DNA of 64,000 nt from Acidobacteriaceae bacterium (GCA_036490815.1 DASXDF010000006.1:17419-81418); one strand, 5' to 3'. Shown: positions 37,871 to 55,117, counted from the first letter of the stretch. Notes: generated from the sequence alone by a model not told the origin. Program-made: numbers and translations.

Positions 37871-39022
37871 ATGGCGCGTCAGCTCGTTCGCATGAGCATC
37901 TTCCTGCTCACCGTTCTCGGTGCCGTCTCCGCATTTTCCCAGGATGCCACGCACGACCTGCTCGAACAGCTCTCCAATGCGCCCGGTCCGCCCGGCGCCG
38001 AAGATGCTGTCCGCGACATCATGGTCCGCGAAATGCGGCCCCTGACCACTGAACCCATCCGCTATGACGGCATGGGGTCAGTCATCGCACAGCAAGGGAC
38101 TACCGGCCCGCGCATTATGGTCGACGCCCACATGGACGAGCTCGGCGGCATGATCCGCCGCGTCACCCCCAACGGCTTCCTCACCATGCAGATGCTGGGC
38201 GGCTGGCTTGACCAGGCGCTGGTCGATCAGCGCTGGATCATCCTCGGATCCAGGGGGCCGGTCCACGCTGTGACTGGCATTCGCGATATCCACGTGTTGC
38301 CCGCCGGGCAGCGCAACGAGGTTTTCGCCCGCGACACGCTCCTGCTCGATGTGGGCGCCAAAGATGCTGCGGCGGTGGCGGCTCTTGGCGTTGACCAGGG
38401 CGACCCAGTCGTTCCCGACAGCCAGTTTCAGGACCTCAACGGCACGGGCAATTACCTGGGCAAGGCGTGGGACGACCGTGTCGGCTGCGCCGCCCTTCTT
38501 GAAGCGATGCAGCGCACCGCAAAGCAGGCCCACGCGAATCAGATATTCTTCGTCGCCACGACCCAGGAGGAAGTTGGCCTGCGCGGGGCCCGCGCCGCCT
38601 CGCAGATCGTCCGGCCCGACATCGGCATCGCTCTTGAAGGCGGCATAGCCGGGGATACCTACGCCGGCCATCCTGAGGAAACTCAAGCGAAGCTCGGCGG
38701 GGGGCCTGGCCTGTTCCTCTTCGATTCCAGCGCAATCGCTAATCGCAAGTTTGTCCATTTCGTGCGCGATACGGCGGGGCAGAACCACATCCCGCTGCAA
38801 CTCGACCTCGTGCTTGGATATGGCGACGACTCCGCCGAGATCCAGGAGAGCACGGGCGGCGTTCCTACCGTCAACTTAGTCGCGCCCATCCGCTACACCC
38901 ATGCCCACAATGGCATTCTGAATCGCGAGGATTTCGATCGTCTGGTGGATTTGCTGACCGACATGCTGGTGCATCTCGACCAACCAACGGTCACGCGGAT
39001 TCGCGACTTCTCGCCTCGGTAG
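37871..39022 (+). CDS. M42 family metallopeptidase (secreted)
   Basis: Signal peptide; 'VDAHMDELGGMI', 'AWDDRVGCAAL' and 'TTQEEVGLRGA' are the metal-ligand motifs of M42. Confidence 0.85.
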   Translation: MARQLVRMSIFLLTVLGAVSAFSQDATHDLLEQLSNAPGPPGAEDAVRDIMVREMRPLTTEPIRYDGMGSVIAQQGTTGPRIMVDAHMDELGGMIRRVTPNGFLTMQMLGGWLDQALVDQRWIILGSRGPVHAVTGIRDIHVLPAGQRNEVFARDTLLLDVGAKDAAAVAALGVDQGDPVVPDSQFQDLNGTGNYLGKAWDDRVGCAALLEAMQRTAKQAHANQIFFVATTQEEVGLRGARAASQIVRPDIGIALEGGIAGDTYAGHPEETQAKLGGGPGLFLFDSSAIANRKFVHFVRDTAGQNHIPLQLDLVLGYGDDSAEIQESTGGVPTVNLVAPIRYTHAHNGILNREDFDRLVDLLTDMLVHLDQPTVTRIRDFSPR

Positions 39023-39100
39023 TGGCAGGAAGGGCCGGGTGCGGCAATTCACCTGGCGGCAACCTTTTCCTCTGTTTTCCCCTGCTATTCTGAGTTCGCT

Positions 39101-40162
39101 ATGTCTTCGAAACGCGAACTCCTGAGCACGCCCATCCGCCACATCGACATCAAGCAGCACAACGTCGTCGCCCTCGTCGACGCCATGCAGTCCATGGCGT
39201 ACAGCTCCCGTGACCTCGCCCGGGCGGCTTCGATTTACGAGCGCATGCTGCGCGATCAGGAATGCGGCGTGATCCTGTGCCTTGCCGGCTCGCTGATCTC
39301 GGCCGGGCTGAAGCAGATTTTCGTGGACCTGATCCGCAACAACATGGTGGACGCCGTGGTTTCGACCGGGGCCAACATCGTCGACCAGGATTTCTTCGAA
39401 GCGCTGGGCTTCAGGCACTACATCGCCGACGATCTCTACAAATCGGGCACGCAGGACGGCGAACTACGCGATCTGATGATCGACCGCATCTACGACACGC
39501 TGATCGACGAAGAAGAGCTTCGCCACTGCGACGAGACAACGGAGAAGGTCGCCGACGCGCTGCCGCCGCGGCCTCACAGCTCGCGCGAGTTTATCCGTGC
39601 CATGGGCGCGTGGCTCGAAGCCAACGGCAAGACGCCGGAAAAGGGCGGGGCCGATTCCATCGTGTATGCGGCCTACCAGAAGGATGTGCCGATCTTCTGT
39701 CCGGCCTTCAGCGACTGCTCCGCCGGCTTTGGCCTGGTCGCGCACCAGCACAAGCGGCAGGACAAGCCGAAGGTTTCGCTCGATTCGGCGAAGGACTTCT
39801 ACGAGCTGACCCAGCTGAAGATCGCAAACCCAACCACGGGCCTGCTGATGATTGGGGGCGGAGTGCCGAAGAACTTTGCGCAGGATATCGTCGTCGCCGC
39901 CGACATCCTCGGCAACGAGGCGCCGATGCACAAATACGCCATCCAGATTACGGTTGCCGACGTTCGCGACGGGGCGCTCTCGTCGAGCACGCTGAAGGAG
40001 GCCAGCTCCTGGGGCAAGGTCGACACCACATACGAGCAGATGGTCTACAGCGAAGCGACCCTGGCGTTGCCGCTGATTGCCGGTTATGCCTGGCACAAGA
40101 AGGCGTACACGGAGCGTCGCGAGCGCCGCTGGAGCCGTATCCTCGAACCTGTGACGGTCTAA
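39101..40162 (+). CDS. Deoxyhypusine synthase family protein
   Basis: 'STGANIVDQDFFEALG', 'IGGGVPKNF' and 'EASSWGK' (the conserved Lys region) match the DHS fold pattern. Confidence 0.85.
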   Translation: MSSKRELLSTPIRHIDIKQHNVVALVDAMQSMAYSSRDLARAASIYERMLRDQECGVILCLAGSLISAGLKQIFVDLIRNNMVDAVVSTGANIVDQDFFEALGFRHYIADDLYKSGTQDGELRDLMIDRIYDTLIDEEELRHCDETTEKVADALPPRPHSSREFIRAMGAWLEANGKTPEKGGADSIVYAAYQKDVPIFCPAFSDCSAGFGLVAHQHKRQDKPKVSLDSAKDFYELTQLKIANPTTGLLMIGGGVPKNFAQDIVVAADILGNEAPMHKYAIQITVADVRDGALSSSTLKEASSWGKVDTTYEQMVYSEATLALPLIAGYAWHKKAYTERRERRWSRILEPVTV

Positions 40163-40350
40163 CCACGGCGGTTACAAATTGTGCTGCGCGTGTCGTGATG
40201 GGCGCGCCAGTAGTAACACCAAAGTGGGATTGTTGTGCTGATCCACTGTGGATTTTCCTGTCGAAACCCCAGGGCGTTCCCCTATACTGAGCCCGAACGC
40301 CTGTCCGTTCGACAAGGGAAGCCCATTCCCGATTTTCACGGAATCGAGTA

Positions 40351-43032
40351 GTGACCCAGCTCAGCCACTCACGCACGGTTTCGCGCGCTTTTATGATCGC
40401 GCTGGCATTCTCGCTTGTCGGTGCGATTATCCTTTCCACCTACGGCAGCCCGCCCTCGCAGAGCCATCCGTGGATCTTCTGGTTCGCCACATTCTGGACC
40501 ATAGCGCAGGCGCTGCTGGTCTCCATCTCGATTTCGAGCTTTCGCTCCGCGCTGCGGGAGCGCCAGGGAGAACGCCAGCTGCAGCGGGTCGCCCGGCTCC
40601 ATCGCAGCATCCTCGATTCCGCGGGACCGATGATGATCGCCTGCGATCTGACGGGGCGCATCAATCTGTTCAACCCGGCAGCAGAGCGGATGCTGGGCTA
40701 CCGCACCAACGAAGCGCTGGGCAAACTGACGGCCGCGGAGCTGTTCCCGGAGGCTGAAATGGCTCGGGTCGGCGACCAGCTGGCGGCCTCGATGCCGGCG
40801 TTTCGCGCGCATCCCGAGGTCCCGCCCGAGACGACACCGACTCTGCTTTCTTATGTACGCTACGTGGCCACTTTCCCTGCCAGCCGGGTACGCGGGTTTG
40901 AAATGCGCTACCGGCGCAGAGACGGCAGCACCTTTCCGGCGATGGTGTACCTTTCGGCGGTACGTTCAGTGGCCGGAACCGTGGAGGGACTGGTCTCGAT
41001 CGCCGTCGACCTGAGTGCCACGCGCCGCGCGGAGCATGCCCTGCGCGAGAGCGAAGAGCGGTATCGGGATCTGTTCGACAACTCCGCTGAGATGATTGCC
41101 ACGCTCAGCCCGCGCGGCCGCTACCTCTACGTCAATCCATCGTGGCAGTCCCTGTTCGGCATGGATTCGTCGCAGTTCGAGTCCCTGATTGGATTCGAAT
41201 CGCCGTTTCCGCCCGAGGTGCAGACCGAAGCTGCGGCGCTGTTCCACAAGGCGCTGCATGGCGTGCGCGTGGAGCGCCATCCGCTGCGCCTGCAAAATTC
41301 TTCCGGCGAAAATGTCGAAGTGGAAGCCAGCCTGAGCTGCCGCCGCGAAGAAACCGGACCCGTCTCGGTACGCTGCATTTTTCGCGACGTTACCCAGCAG
41401 AATCGACGCGAGCGCCGGCTTCGCATTCAGCTGGTCGTGAGCCAGATCATTGGTGAGACCACCTCGATGGACGAGGGGCTGTCGCGCGTCCTCGAAGCGC
41501 TGTGCAATACGTTCTCCTGTGAGTTTGCCGCGCTTTGGACCGTGGACGAGACTCAGCACTCCATCCGCCCGCGTATTTCGTGGCACTCCAAAGGCCGCTC
41601 CAGCGAAGATCTTCATCGGGAAACCGAGGGGCTGGTGCTCTCACGCGGCCAGGGACTGCCGGGAATGGTGTGGTCGCTGGGCAAGCCCAGCTGGGTTTCG
41701 GATCTCCGCCAGCATCCTGCGTTTCTGCGGCGGACCGCTGCCCGTCTCAATGGGTATGTTTCCGGATGGGCGGTTCCGGTCCGCGTCGGCAATCAGGTTA
41801 TCGCTGCGGTGGAATGTTTCTCGCGCCAGTTGATGCGTGAAGATCCTGACCTGATGGCCACGGTTGAGACCGTTTGCGGCTCCGTTGGCCAGTTCATGGC
41901 GCGCGCCGGTCAGGAAACGCGCCTGCGTCAGCTGGATCGACAGAAGGCCGTCATTCTGAACTCGGTGGCCGACGGCATTATCGGCGTCGATTCCACCAAC
42001 CGGATCGCCTTCGTTAATCCCGCCGCGGCCCGCATGATGGAGTGCAACGAGGCCGAGCTGATCGGTTGCCGCGTCCACGAGCTTCTGCATCCCCCTATCG
42101 CCGGCTGCGACTCCACCTGCCTTACCCGCCGCGCGTTTCAGACCACTGAGGGGGCTTCGGGACAAGACGTCTACTACCGCGTCAACGGCAAGAGCTATCC
42201 GGTGGAATTTTCGCTGATGCCCATGGTTGAAGAAGGCGAACCGATCGGCAGCGTGCTCAGCTTCCGCGATATCAGCCAGCGGTACGCTCTGGACCACATG
42301 AAGGACGAGTTCATCTCCACGGTGAGCCACGAGCTGCGCACGCCGCTCACTTCAATCCGCGGCGCGCTGGGACTTCTTTCCGCCGGGCTGCTGGGCGAGG
42401 TCAGCGAAAAAGCCACCAGCCTGTTGCGCATTGCTGTCGCCAACTCCGACCGTCTGGTGCGGCTGATCAACGACATCCTCGATCTGGAGCGGATGACCTC
42501 GGGCCGGGCGCCTTTGGCCTTCCGCCGCATTTCGCTCGATGAGCTGGTCCGCCAGGCCATCGAAGCGATGCAGCCGATGGCCGACTCCGAAGAGGTATTT
42601 CTGGCCAGCGATCCTAATTCGGTTTATGTGGAAGCGGATTCCGACCGCCTGCTCCAGGTGCTGACCAACCTGTTGAGCAACGCCATCAAGTTTTCGCCGC
42701 CCCGCTCCACCGTGCGCGTCATTACGGTGCGCGCTTCCGACGGGGTTACGGTCAGCGTGATCGACGAAGGGCGCGGCGTTCCCGCCGATAAGCTGGAAAG
42801 CATCTTCGATCGCTTCCAGCAGGTTGACGCTTCAGATTCGCGCCAGAAAGGCGGCACCGGCCTCGGCCTCGCCATCTGCCGCACCATTGTTCATCAGCAT
42901 GGGGGCCGCATCTGGGCCGAGCAGAACGGAGGCCGCGGGACGATTTTCCGTTTTTATCTTCCCGAGCGCGCGTCCATCTCTCCACTGGCCGAAGAAGCCA
43001 CGCAAAGTCAGTTCGAACAAAAGCTGGGATAA
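40351..43032 (+). CDS. Membrane sensor histidine kinase (2 TM, PAS-PAS-GAF-PAS-HisKA-HATPase)
   Basis: GTG start, two N-terminal helices, H-box '[14 protein letters not shown]', N-box 'LSNAIKFSP' and G-boxes 'DEGRGV ... [11 protein letters not shown]'. Confidence 0.9.
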   Translation: MTQLSHSRTVSRAFMIALAFSLVGAIILSTYGSPPSQSHPWIFWFATFWTIAQALLVSISISSFRSALRERQGERQLQRVARLHRSILDSAGPMMIACDLTGRINLFNPAAERMLGYRTNEALGKLTAAELFPEAEMARVGDQLAASMPAFRAHPEVPPETTPTLLSYVRYVATFPASRVRGFEMRYRRRDGSTFPAMVYLSAVRSVAGTVEGLVSIAVDLSATRRAEHALRESEERYRDLFDNSAEMIATLSPRGRYLYVNPSWQSLFGMDSSQFESLIGFESPFPPEVQTEAAALFHKALHGVRVERHPLRLQNSSGENVEVEASLSCRREETGPVSVRCIFRDVTQQNRRERRLRIQLVVSQIIGETTSMDEGLSRVLEALCNTFSCEFAALWTVDETQHSIRPRISWHSKGRSSEDLHRETEGLVLSRGQGLPGMVWSLGKPSWVSDLRQHPAFLRRTAARLNGYVSGWAVPVRVGNQVIAAVECFSRQLMREDPDLMATVETVCGSVGQFMARAGQETRLRQLDRQKAVILNSVADGIIGVDSTNRIAFVNPAAARMMECNEAELIGCRVHELLHPPIAGCDSTCLTRRAFQTTEGASGQDVYYRVNGKSYPVEFSLMPMVEEGEPIGSVLSFRDISQRYALDHMKDEFISTVSHELRTPLTSIRGALGLLSAGLLGEVSEKATSLLRIAVANSDRLVRLINDILDLERMTSGRAPLAFRRISLDELVRQAIEAMQPMADSEEVFLASDPNSVYVEADSDRLLQVLTNLLSNAIKFSPPRSTVRVITVRASDGVTVSVIDEGRGVPADKLESIFDRFQQVDASDSRQKGGTGLGLAICRTIVHQHGGRIWAEQNGGRGTIFRFYLPERASISPLAEEATQSQFEQKLG

Positions 43033-43189
43033 AAGAGTTCGCGCCGAAGGGGGCGAGAAATTTCAGGCGGCGAGACGCAGCAAAGTTCTACGCGCGGATA
43101 GAACTGAAGTGGGATAGAAGAGTTTGCACTGCACGAATAAGATATGAGCGAGCCGTTTATCTGAACGGCATGTTCGAATTGAGTGAAAT

Positions 43190-43570
43190 TTGTCCCGACG
43201 TGTTCTGATCATCGATGACGAGGAAGATATCCGCGAGGTGGCGGCGCTGAGCCTCGAAACCGTCGCCGGCTGGGACGTGCTGGTCGCCGGATCGGGCGCG
43301 GCCGGAATTATCAAGGCACGCGAGAATCACCCCGACGCCATCCTGCTGGACGTCATGATGCCTGGCATGGATGGGCCTACGACCTTTCGGGAGATGCGCC
43401 TCATTCCTGAGATTGCGGACATTCCCGTGATCCTGCTGACCGCCAAAGTGCAGGCCGCCGATCAGAAACGCTTTTCCGATCTCGGCGTCGTGAAAGTGAT
43501 GTTTAAGCCCTTCGATCCGCTGGTGCTGGCTCAGGAAATTGCCGCGACCCTCGGCTGGCAGGAAATCTAG
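43190..43570 (+). CDS. Single-domain response regulator (CheY-like)
   Basis: TTG start; 'VLIIDDEEDI', 'AILLDVMMPGMDG', 'VILLTAK'. Confidence 0.9.
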   Translation: MSRRVLIIDDEEDIREVAALSLETVAGWDVLVAGSGAAGIIKARENHPDAILLDVMMPGMDGPTTFREMRLIPEIADIPVILLTAKVQAADQKRFSDLGVVKVMFKPFDPLVLAQEIAATLGWQEI

Positions 43571-43584
43571 CCACACGGGAAACC

Positions 43585-43923
43585 ATGACCGAGGACGCCG
43601 CTGCCAAAATTGCTGCACGGCTGAAGGAACTGTGGCGCACCAGCCGGCCTACCATCCTCGAACGAATCCAGGTGCTGCACACTTCTTCGGAAGCTCTGGC
43701 GCAGGATCCGGCCGACGCTGAGGCGCGCATGAGTGGCCGTGAAGCCGCGCACAAACTCTCTGGCGTTCTGGGCGTTTTCGGAATGCCGCAAGGCAGCGAA
43801 ATTGCCGCGTCGATTGAATTCCTGCTCAAGCCGGATCAGCCGCTGACCGGTGAGGATCTTTCCGCTCTGCGCGGTCACATCGCCGATCTGGATGCGGTTG
43901 TTGCGGGGCGGGAATCAGCGTGA
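43585..43923 (+). CDS. Hpt (histidine phosphotransfer) domain protein
   Basis: 112 aa, helical; 'EAAHKLSGVLGVFG' fits the Hpt HxxKG motif context. Confidence 0.7.
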   Translation: MTEDAAAKIAARLKELWRTSRPTILERIQVLHTSSEALAQDPADAEARMSGREAAHKLSGVLGVFGMPQGSEIAASIEFLLKPDQPLTGEDLSALRGHIADLDAVVAGRESA

Positions 43924-43973
43924 CCGGATCGTGACGGGCTGCTTTCTGAACTGCAGACTCTGATCTCGACTGC

Positions 43974-45140
43974 TTACGCAAACACCAGGCACTGCGGCTT
44001 CGAGATGGGGAAATCCTTGCCCGTCTCCGCTACTTTGCCTGTTTTTTCGTCCCGCGCAAACACCGAAATTCTGTCCGATTGCTCGTTCGCGACCAGTACC
44101 CATTGCTCGGTCGGATCGAGCGCCAGGTGCCGCGGGATTTTCCCGCCGCACGAACTGCGCGCCAGGAAAGTCAGCTTGCCGTTTTTTGGATCGAGGGCAA
44201 AACTGACCAGGCAGTTGTAATCCCGATTCGACGCATAAGCAAAGTGTCCGTCGCGCGTAATCACAATCTCGGCTCCCCGCGTCACACCGTGATAATCAAC
44301 CGGCGTCAGGCTGATCTTCTCGACCGACTCGAGCGTGCCCTTGTCGCGATCCCACGCCAGCACCTCAACCTGCGAGATGAGTTCGTGAACGCAATAAGCA
44401 AAGCGCCCGTTGGGATGAAAGCGCAGCGCCCGCGGCCCCGATCCCGGCGTCGCGTTCCACTGCGGCGGCTGGTTAGGCGTCAGCTTCGCGTTCACATCGT
44501 TCAGGTGGTAGATATGAATGCAATCGAGGCCGAGGTCGTTCACCAGCAGGAATCGATTGTCCGGCGACACGGTTACGCGATGCGCATGCGGCGCTTCCTG
44601 ACGATCCTTGTCCGGCCCGTGCCCGTGGTACTGAAAATGGGAGACCGCGTCGGTGATTTGCCCGTCGTAGTTGATCACGAACGATGTTGCGCTGCCACCG
44701 CTGTAGTTGGCGCAGAACGCTGCCCGGCCCAGATGATCCACCGTCACCTGGCAGGTTCCGGTGCCGAGCGCGGCCACCTTGTTAATCGCCTTCAGCTTCG
44801 CCCCTTCGTGATCGATGGCAAACGCGCTGACGGCTCCGCTGGCCTGGGCCTCGAAGCTGGCAATTTCATTTGCCGCGTAGAGAAATTTCGCGTCCGGGTC
44901 GATGGCCAGGAATGTGGGGTTCTCGCTCTCGGCTGCGAGCCCGGCCGCGTGTAATTCGCCGGTGGCGGGGTCCCAGTGGAATGCGTAGATGCCACGGCTG
45001 GTACTTCCCTCCACGGTCTGTGTTCCGACAAAGAGCAAGCGCCGCCTCTCCTCCTGTTTTGCTCGTGACTGCAGTACTTCAACCGCTGCCGGCGCAATCG
45101 CTGCCAGCTGCACAAATTCGCGTCTGTTCAGTTTTTCCAT
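43974..45140 (-). CDS. Lactonase family protein (7-bladed beta-propeller, 6-phosphogluconolactonase-like)
   Basis: Tat-like leader '[12 protein letters not shown]' and repeated blade pattern; '[26 protein letters not shown]' is typical of this family. Confidence 0.8.
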   Translation of the reverse strand: MEKLNRREFVQLAAIAPAAVEVLQSRAKQEERRRLLFVGTQTVEGSTSRGIYAFHWDPATGELHAAGLAAESENPTFLAIDPDAKFLYAANEIASFEAQASGAVSAFAIDHEGAKLKAINKVAALGTGTCQVTVDHLGRAAFCANYSGGSATSFVINYDGQITDAVSHFQYHGHGPDKDRQEAPHAHRVTVSPDNRFLLVNDLGLDCIHIYHLNDVNAKLTPNQPPQWNATPGSGPRALRFHPNGRFAYCVHELISQVEVLAWDRDKGTLESVEKISLTPVDYHGVTRGAEIVITRDGHFAYASNRDYNCLVSFALDPKNGKLTFLARSSCGGKIPRHLALDPTEQWVLVANEQSDRISVFARDEKTGKVAETGKDFPISKPQCLVFA

Positions 45141-45345
45141 CGCGGGACCATCATCTCGCAGACGGCGCCCTCTGGGCGAATCACCGGTTGGAACCGGACA
45201 GTATCATCACAAACGAATTTTCAGGCAACCTTTGTCTGTTTTCGCGGCATCCACTCAACGCTCCTCCAGGCATTTGGGCTCGGTTGCGCCATTTCCCGAC
45301 GGCGTACCGGGTGAAAACTTAGATTTCGTTGAAGCAGGAGTTTCC

Positions 45346-51648
<6,303 letters not shown>

Positions 51649-51680
51649 ACGAGGAGAGAGGCCCCGGGCTCGGAGAAACG

Positions 51681-53270
51681 ATGACGGCAGACGAAAAAGT
51701 CAACATCCTCATGGTGGACGACCAGCCCGCCAAGCTCCTCAGCTACGAGGTGATCCTCGGTGAACTTGGCGAGAATCTCATCAAGGCCGCATCTGCCAAA
51801 GAAGCGCTGAACATCCTTCTCAAAACCGATATTGCCGTGGTTCTGATGGATGTGAGCATGCCCGAGCTCGATGGCTTCGAGCTCGCCGCCATGATTCGCG
51901 AGCATCCGCGGTTCGGCAAAACCGCAATCATCTTCATCTCCGGCGTTCATCTCAGCGATACCGACAAGATCAACGGCTACCGCCGCGGCGCGGTCGACTA
52001 CATATCCGTTCCCGTGATTCCCGAAGTTCTGCGCGCCAAAGTCGGCGTCTTCGTCGAGCTTCATCGCAAGACCCGGCAGCTGACCCGCCTGAACACGGAC
52101 CTCGAGCGGCGCGTCGCCGAGCGTACCGAGGAACTGCGACAAAGCGAGGCTCACCATCGCGAACGCGCCGAATTGCTCGAGCTGGCCACCGAGGCCATCA
52201 TCGTACGCGACTTCCAGGGCAGCATCCGCTTCTGGAATTCCGGCGCGGAAGCGCTTTATGGCTGGCACAGTGACGAAGTCGTGGGCCACAACATCCACCA
52301 GGTGTTGCGCACTGTTTTCCCGGTTTCAAAAGATGAGGTGGAAGGCGTTCTCCACTCCAAACGATCGTGGCAGGGGAATCTGGTGCAGCGGGCGCGCGAC
52401 GGCCGGGAGATCGTTGTCTCGACGCGCAAAGTCGTCAATCGCGAAAGCGACGCTATTCTTGAAATCCAGCGCGACATCACAACTCAGATCCAGGCGGAAG
52501 AAGCTTTGCGCCAGGCCGAAAAGCTGGCCGCTATGGGCCGCGTCGCGGGCATCATCGCTCACGAGATCAACAACCCACTGGAGGCGATCACCAACGCCTT
52601 CTACCTGCTCCGCAATCACCCATCCCTCAACGAAGAAGCCCGTTATTACGCCAGCCTTGCCGAACAGGAACTGCAGCGCGCCTCGCACATCACGCGCCAG
52701 ACGCTCAGCTTCTATCGCGACTCCCGCCAGCCAATCGCGGTCTCTATCCCCGACCTGCTGGATAACGTCGTCGAGCTGCAGCAGCGGCCCATTCTCGCGA
52801 GTCGCATCATCCTGCAGAAGAAGTATTCGTCCTCCGGCATCGTGCGTGGATTCCCCGGCGAACTGCGGCAGGTGTTTCTGAACCTGATCGGCAATGCGAT
52901 TCAGGCCATGCCTTCAGGCGGAACGCTGCGCCTGCGCGTTGCAGAAGCCACCGACTGGCGAACGCAACGTCGCGGCATCGCCATATCCGTGATCGATACC
53001 GGCAACGGCATACGGCGCGAAGACGCCAAGCGTCTTTTCCAGCCCTTCTTCACGACCAAATCCGCCAAGGGCACCGGCCTGGGCCTCTGGATCAGCAAAG
53101 GAATTGTGCAGAAATACGAGGGCGCGATAGGTTTCCGAAGCTTCCACTTAAAAACCGGTGCCAACACCTGCTTCCGCATTTTCCTGCCGCTCGCCGGCGA
53201 CATGGCTGTGAGCGAGCCCGGCAAGGATGGCGAGGTATCGGCCGGCAGTCCCGTGCGCGCCATCGCGTGA
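51681..53270 (+). CDS. Response-regulator receiver / PAS / histidine kinase fusion
   Basis: ATG 51681 follows GGAG. 'ILMVDDQ' and 'VLMDVSMPELDG' (REC), PAS 'FWNSGAEALYGW', H-box 'IIAHEINNPLEAI', 'GTGLGLWISK'. It starts 32 nt after the hybrid kinase stop. Confidence 0.9.
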   Translation: MTADEKVNILMVDDQPAKLLSYEVILGELGENLIKAASAKEALNILLKTDIAVVLMDVSMPELDGFELAAMIREHPRFGKTAIIFISGVHLSDTDKINGYRRGAVDYISVPVIPEVLRAKVGVFVELHRKTRQLTRLNTDLERRVAERTEELRQSEAHHRERAELLELATEAIIVRDFQGSIRFWNSGAEALYGWHSDEVVGHNIHQVLRTVFPVSKDEVEGVLHSKRSWQGNLVQRARDGREIVVSTRKVVNRESDAILEIQRDITTQIQAEEALRQAEKLAAMGRVAGIIAHEINNPLEAITNAFYLLRNHPSLNEEARYYASLAEQELQRASHITRQTLSFYRDSRQPIAVSIPDLLDNVVELQQRPILASRIILQKKYSSSGIVRGFPGELRQVFLNLIGNAIQAMPSGGTLRLRVAEATDWRTQRRGIAISVIDTGNGIRREDAKRLFQPFFTTKSAKGTGLGLWISKGIVQKYEGAIGFRSFHLKTGANTCFRIFLPLAGDMAVSEPGKDGEVSAGSPVRAIA

Positions 53271-53280
53271 GGATCGGGCG

Positions 53281-53751
53281 TCACTCGCTGCCGGGTGCGG
53301 CTCCCTGCAATTTAGCCTTCACCAGCTCGCTCAGCTGCCGCCCATCCGCGCGCAGCCCCGCCTCCTGAATCCTGGCCTGTACCGCCTTCATCGCCGACCC
53401 CATGTCCCTGGGGCCGAAGCTGGTGCCCTCCAGCGCTCCCTCTACCAGTTTCTTCATCTCTTCTTCGTTCAGGGTCTTTGGCAAATAGCTTTCGATCACC
53501 ACGATCTCCCGCGCTTCCTTGGCGGCCAGCTCAGGGCGATTGCCTTTCTGGAATTGCTCAATCGACTCCTTTCGCTGCTTGATCATCGTGATGAAGACCT
53601 GCTGCGCCTCCACATCGGTCAGCGCCGACCTCTTCTCGATCTCGCGGTTTTTCAGCGCTGCCTTCACCATGCGCAGCGTCGACGTACGCTCCGTATCGCG
53701 CGCTTTCATAGCCGCGATCATGTCGTGGTCGATCTGCTTCGTCAGGTCCAT
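53281..53751 (-). CDS. GatB/YqeY domain-containing protein
   Basis: 'MIAAMKARDTERTSTLRMVKAALKNREIE' and 'EIVVIESYLP' are typical of YqeY. Confidence 0.9.
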   Translation of the reverse strand: MDLTKQIDHDMIAAMKARDTERTSTLRMVKAALKNREIEKRSALTDVEAQQVFITMIKQRKESIEQFQKGNRPELAAKEAREIVVIESYLPKTLNEEEMKKLVEGALEGTSFGPRDMGSAMKAVQARIQEAGLRADGRQLSELVKAKLQGAAPGSE

Positions 53752-53839
53752 CGATGCCGCCTCCCCTTCTTCCTCAGACGCCTCATTATAGGGAGAAACT
53801 GCCCCTCCGTTTTAAAATGGAAATGAGGATCACACCAAC

Positions 53840-55069
53840 ATGATTCGTAAGACGAGGCTCTTTACCCCCGGCCCGACCCCTTTACTGCCCGCTGCACAGT
53901 TCGCGATGGCGGCTGCGGATATCCACCATCGCACGCCCGAATTCCGCGCGCTCTACGAACGCGTGCTCGCGCAGCTTAAGACCTTTGTCGGGACGAAAAA
54001 CGATGTCCTGCTGCTCGCCTGCTCCGGCACCGGCGCGATGGAAGCCTCCATTTCGAATCTCACTTCGCCGGGCGATCGCGTCCTCGTCCTCACCGCCGGC
54101 AAGTTCGGTGAGCGCTGGGAATCGCTCGCCAAAGCCTTCGGCTGCCAGGTCGACCTGGTCAGCGCGCCCTACGGCGAAACGTTTTCGCTCGACGAGATCC
54201 GCAAAGCACTGCGCCCCGACACGCGCGCGGTCTTCGTGCAGGCCACTGAATCCTCTACCGGCATCCGCCACGACATCCGGGGCATCGGCGCGCTCCTGCG
54301 GGACGCCGCGACGAATGCGCTCTTGATTGTCGATGGCATCACCGGCCTCGGCACAACGCATCTCGACGTCGATGCGTGGGGCGTCGATGTGATCATTGGC
54401 GGGTCGCAGAAAGCGATCATGATCCCGCCCGGCCTCGCCTATCTGAGCCTCAGCGACCGCGCCTGGAAGGCGACGGAAACCTCAAAGAATCCGCGCTACT
54501 ATTTCGATCTTCGCAAGGAGCTGAAGAACGCGAAGAAGGGTGAATCCTCGTACACGCCTGCCGTCGCGCTGATCGCCGCCATGGGTGCGGCGCTGGACTA
54601 CATCGCCGGTCAGGCCACGGGCTCTCAGGGAGGCAACGATCTGGCTGCCGGCCGCGATGCGCTCATCGACAACGCGGAAACCTGCGCTTCCATGACCCGC
54701 GCCGCCGTAACGGCTATCGGCCTGCAGCTGTTCGCACCCGCGGCGCCGTCGGCTGCTGCTACCGCAGTCCTGTCGCCGGCCGGCATCGACTCCGGCGTCA
54801 TCGTTAAAGAACTGAAGCGGCGCTTCGCTGCCATTGTCACCAACGGGCAGGGCGATATGAAAGGCAGAATATTCCGCATCGCCCACATCGGATTGTTCGA
54901 TTACATGGACACTATCGCCATTATCGCTGCACTGGAGCAGGTTGCCGCCACTTCGCTCAGCCTGCCCAACTTCGCCTTTGGCAAAGCCGTCGCGGCCGCG
55001 CAAAAGGTTTATGCCGAACGCACTGCTCAGCCTGCCGCCCAGCCCGCCGAGGCGCTTGCGACGGTGTAA
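53840..55069 (+). CDS. Class V aminotransferase (alanine/serine-glyoxylate aminotransferase family)
   Basis: 'LFTPGPTPL', 'SGTGAMEA' and 'GGSQKAIMIPPGLA' (PLP lysine). Confidence 0.9.
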   Translation: MIRKTRLFTPGPTPLLPAAQFAMAAADIHHRTPEFRALYERVLAQLKTFVGTKNDVLLLACSGTGAMEASISNLTSPGDRVLVLTAGKFGERWESLAKAFGCQVDLVSAPYGETFSLDEIRKALRPDTRAVFVQATESSTGIRHDIRGIGALLRDAATNALLIVDGITGLGTTHLDVDAWGVDVIIGGSQKAIMIPPGLAYLSLSDRAWKATETSKNPRYYFDLRKELKNAKKGESSYTPAVALIAAMGAALDYIAGQATGSQGGNDLAAGRDALIDNAETCASMTRAAVTAIGLQLFAPAAPSAAATAVLSPAGIDSGVIVKELKRRFAAIVTNGQGDMKGRIFRIAHIGLFDYMDTIAIIAALEQVAATSLSLPNFAFGKAVAAAQKVYAERTAQPAAQPAEALATV

Positions 55070-55117
55070 TGAAATTTGTTTCCCGGCAGGTCGCCGGCAT
55101 TCGCAGGAACAGAACCC

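Noticed and set aside
40163-40350. A weak hairpin TAACC-acggc-GGTTA after the DHS-like gene, and a TCGAAA-N16-TATACT promoter-like element before the kinase gene.
   Set aside because: The stem is only 5 bp and AT-rich with no U-tail, and the promoter match is marginal. This is too weak to report as a feature.
44989-45345. An N-terminal extension of 119 codons on the giant kinase ORF.
   Set aside because: This part is antisense to the lactonase gene and the divergent gap. It has no HAMP-like or other pattern, and a good ATG with a GCAGGAG ribosome-binding site occurs at 45346.
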